A DNA stretch of 64,000 nt from Kondoa subrosea (taxonomy: Eukaryota): contig BCIN01000003.1 of NCBI GenBank assembly GCA_039545335.1, positions 1,375,941 to 1,439,940 on the forward strand, read 5' to 3'. The stretch's first letter is position 1. The number at the start of each line of letters is the position of its first letter. The position numbers were made by a program, and so were the translations under genes. The notes beneath the pieces were generated by a model. It searched no databases and was not told the DNA's origin. It saw only the letters and a program-made list of their open reading frames with translations. Below are positions 62,101 through 64,000 of the stretch, one piece after another.

Positions 62101-62301
62101 GTCGTCAGCCGTTGATCGAGGCAACAAAGATCGGAAGAAACCTACATTGCCTGTAGCTTGCTGATAGATTCCAGGCTGCTGGCCAGTGAAGGACTGAGCT
62201 TGAAACATATTGTTCATGGCGAAATTTGCAGCTGGCTGGGAATTGTTCATCGCTGCAAAGTAAGCCTGAACAGAAGCATTGTCTAGACCATTTGTGTTCA
62301 T
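59156..62301 (-). CDS. Gln-rich ARID/BRIGHT-domain protein (putative transcriptional or chromatin regulator)
   Basis: FYTHLHTYL..NG...PRIDKIEINLAMLFKLVVSSGGID.....W..I....RAYNLYVSRFE is an ARID signature; poly-Q tracts; four exons joined by GT-AG introns. Confidence 0.82.
60197..60226 (-). repeat. CAG/CAA trinucleotide tract encoding poly-Gln (10 Q) in the ARID gene
   Basis: Plus strand reads ttgctgctgctgttgttgctgctgctgttg; similar shorter tracts occur near 61170, 61310 and 61820. Confidence 0.9.
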
Positions 62302-63671
62302 GAGTGGCAGACTGTTGCCTAGAATAGAAGGAACTCGGCAGCGAGCTTGTAGTGAGCAGATTTAGGCAAGCATGAGAAAAGAGAAAGAGGCAGCAGCGGC
62401 TGGAAGGTTGACTGAACAAGAAAGGGAGATGATTCGCAAGTTAATGGCTGGACTTGAAAAGCAGTGCAGATGGTTACTGGAGGAACTTGAGCTTGCTCGA
62501 GCGTGCTTGACAGAGATTCCGATTCCAACCGTTCAAGATTAACAAAAGCAAGTTGCGCGGAGTATTCTTCTCTTGAGACCACGAGACGTTTCTTCTATTC
62601 ACTCCTATCTCGCTGGATTGACTTGCACGACTGGCTGTACTGTTGACAAGAGAGAGAGATGTATGGTCAACGGTAGTCGAGAGGGACAGCATAACCGCGG
62701 ATGGAGGGCCTGACTCCGGAAATCGGACCTCCGATTTGCTTTGAATGCTTCTGATTTCGCTGAATGGCTCTGTTTGATTCTGTGCTGCGATTCCTTGTCC
62801 TTCAATTGCTGTTCTGATTGCCTCGGCTATTTTTATTTCTAGCCAAATGAAGCTGGAAATTATCCCCTTGTTCCGTTCGCTCATGCTTTGGGCAGCGCTG
62901 TTATCGGTATTCGGTCTGTCATACACCGTCTGTTGATTGTAGCATGAGTTTTGATGTCTCGATCAGTCTGACCTGAAGTTCCGGACATTCCCTTTCATTT
63001 CTTCAGTGAATACAGCAGTGGCCGCGACGTCTGTACTCCCAGCACTTCCTCTTCGCGGGTCTCTGACAGGCAGGGCAAGGTCATGCGTCCGGTCAAGGTC
63101 CGCAAGATCTGCGTTCACCTCATCGTTCCTGCTTTTCGGTCGCTTGCTCACAATGCTCATTGGCTATCAATGGACAGTAGCTTCAGTCTCACTCGTGGAC
63201 ATCCTGTCGGTCTTATTCGGAGCTATAGAGAATATCAACATCTTCTCATTGATCCCACCAAGAAGCGACGGTCAGAGAACGCGTTTGTGTGCTGCAACTC
63301 GTTTGTACAATAGCAGTATACTTGAAATGACGAGATTCACGCATAAAAACACGTGTCTAATAACGGGCTGACGGCTTTTCAACGCATTGACCTTACTTGA
63401 CTATTTTTGCGCAGTGCAGCTCTTTCCTTACTTCCAACCACTCTCGTCCTTCACTCTCATCTCTCAAAAGAAGCCTCACAGTCGCAGGACTCGCCTTTGC
63501 AGACCTCTTTTAAACACAATCCGATCAATTTGACCAGACAGAGGTCCGCGTTTTCCTTTAATGTCAAATGTGGGATGTGCGCTAATCATCAAAGGCATTA
63601 GCTGTGCTCTTATCTCTTCTTGATCTTATAACGCTCAAAGCTTCCGTCTTACCCACTCATACTCCCCAAAA

Positions 63672-64000
63672 ATGAAAATTGCTATTCTTGCACTATTGGT
63701 TCCTACCCTTCTCCTTTCAGCTCAAGCAGCACCAAACGATGCAGGTCGTCGTCCAAACTCTCTCCCGGCGAGAGAACATATGGTCCGACGTGGAAACTCT
63801 TCTAAAGATTGGGCTAAAAACTCTCATGCTGCTTTAAGGATGGCTAGGAAACATCGAAAACGCGCTCCCATCCAACAACAACATACTCGTGGATCTATCC
63901 CTGGTATTGGATTAACTAACAATGTGGTTGGTATGACTCGTGAAAAGAGATCGGCTGGTGAAGAAAGTGGGTTGGATTAAAGGATTTCTGCTTGAAATAG
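63672..64000 (+). CDS. Secreted pre-pro-protein, 5' part (possibly an A1 aspartic protease); runs off the window end
   Basis: Signal peptide MKIAILALLVPTLLLSAQA, basic propeptide with RKR processing site, then IGLTN and a probable intron ending in TAG at 64000. No catalytic motif lies inside the window, so the family call is weak. Confidence 0.55.

Noticed and set aside
62302..63671. 1.4-kb gap with several ORFs, including a hydrophobic MKLEIIPLFRSLMLWAALLSVFGLSYT start at 62847 (+)
   Set aside because: I could not build a convincing spliced model or recognise a product. A small gene cannot be excluded without RNA data.
1..64000. Transposons, tRNA/rRNA genes, CRISPR arrays or a biosynthetic gene cluster
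   Set aside because: No transposase, RT or integrase motifs, terminal repeats, spaced direct repeats, cloverleafs or PKS/NRPS/terpene backbone genes were seen; neighbouring genes are functionally unrelated housekeeping genes.

Overview
A gene-dense, intron-rich stretch of fungal nuclear DNA. Gene content and short ~45-60 nt spliceosomal introns suggest a basidiomycete; that assignment is inference. Splicing by hand gave 29 protein-coding genes, two of them truncated by the window edges. Recognisable genes are ATG6 (5' part), ALA1, a DHA1 MFS transporter, a bacterial-type Fe-S L-serine dehydratase, an Mmc1-like dynamin pseudoenzyme, MRPS9, an ACB-ankyrin protein, RAX2, an OCRL-like 5-phosphatase, NDUFB3, TOP1, a SET protein, SCS3/FIT, APC5, a DEDDy exonuclease, SUI3, an F-box protein, a PWWP protein, ATP16, TOA1, a PDK/BCKDK kinase and an ARID protein; several others are uncharacterised. 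I saw no RNA genes, transposons or CRISPR arrays. The most unusual signals are in splicing architecture: a U2-type AT-AC intron that restores a conserved serine dehydratase motif, the TOP1 catalytic Tyr on a 7-nt micro-exon, and a run of symmetric phase-1 micro-exons down to 3 nt in the SET gene. Also notable are two intronless tandem paralogues sharing an N-terminal domain I do not recognise, a 39% Gln microprotein, and divergent gene pairs with start codons only 40-46 bp apart. All exon structures and family assignments come from reading the sequence and remembered motifs, not from database searches or RNA data.
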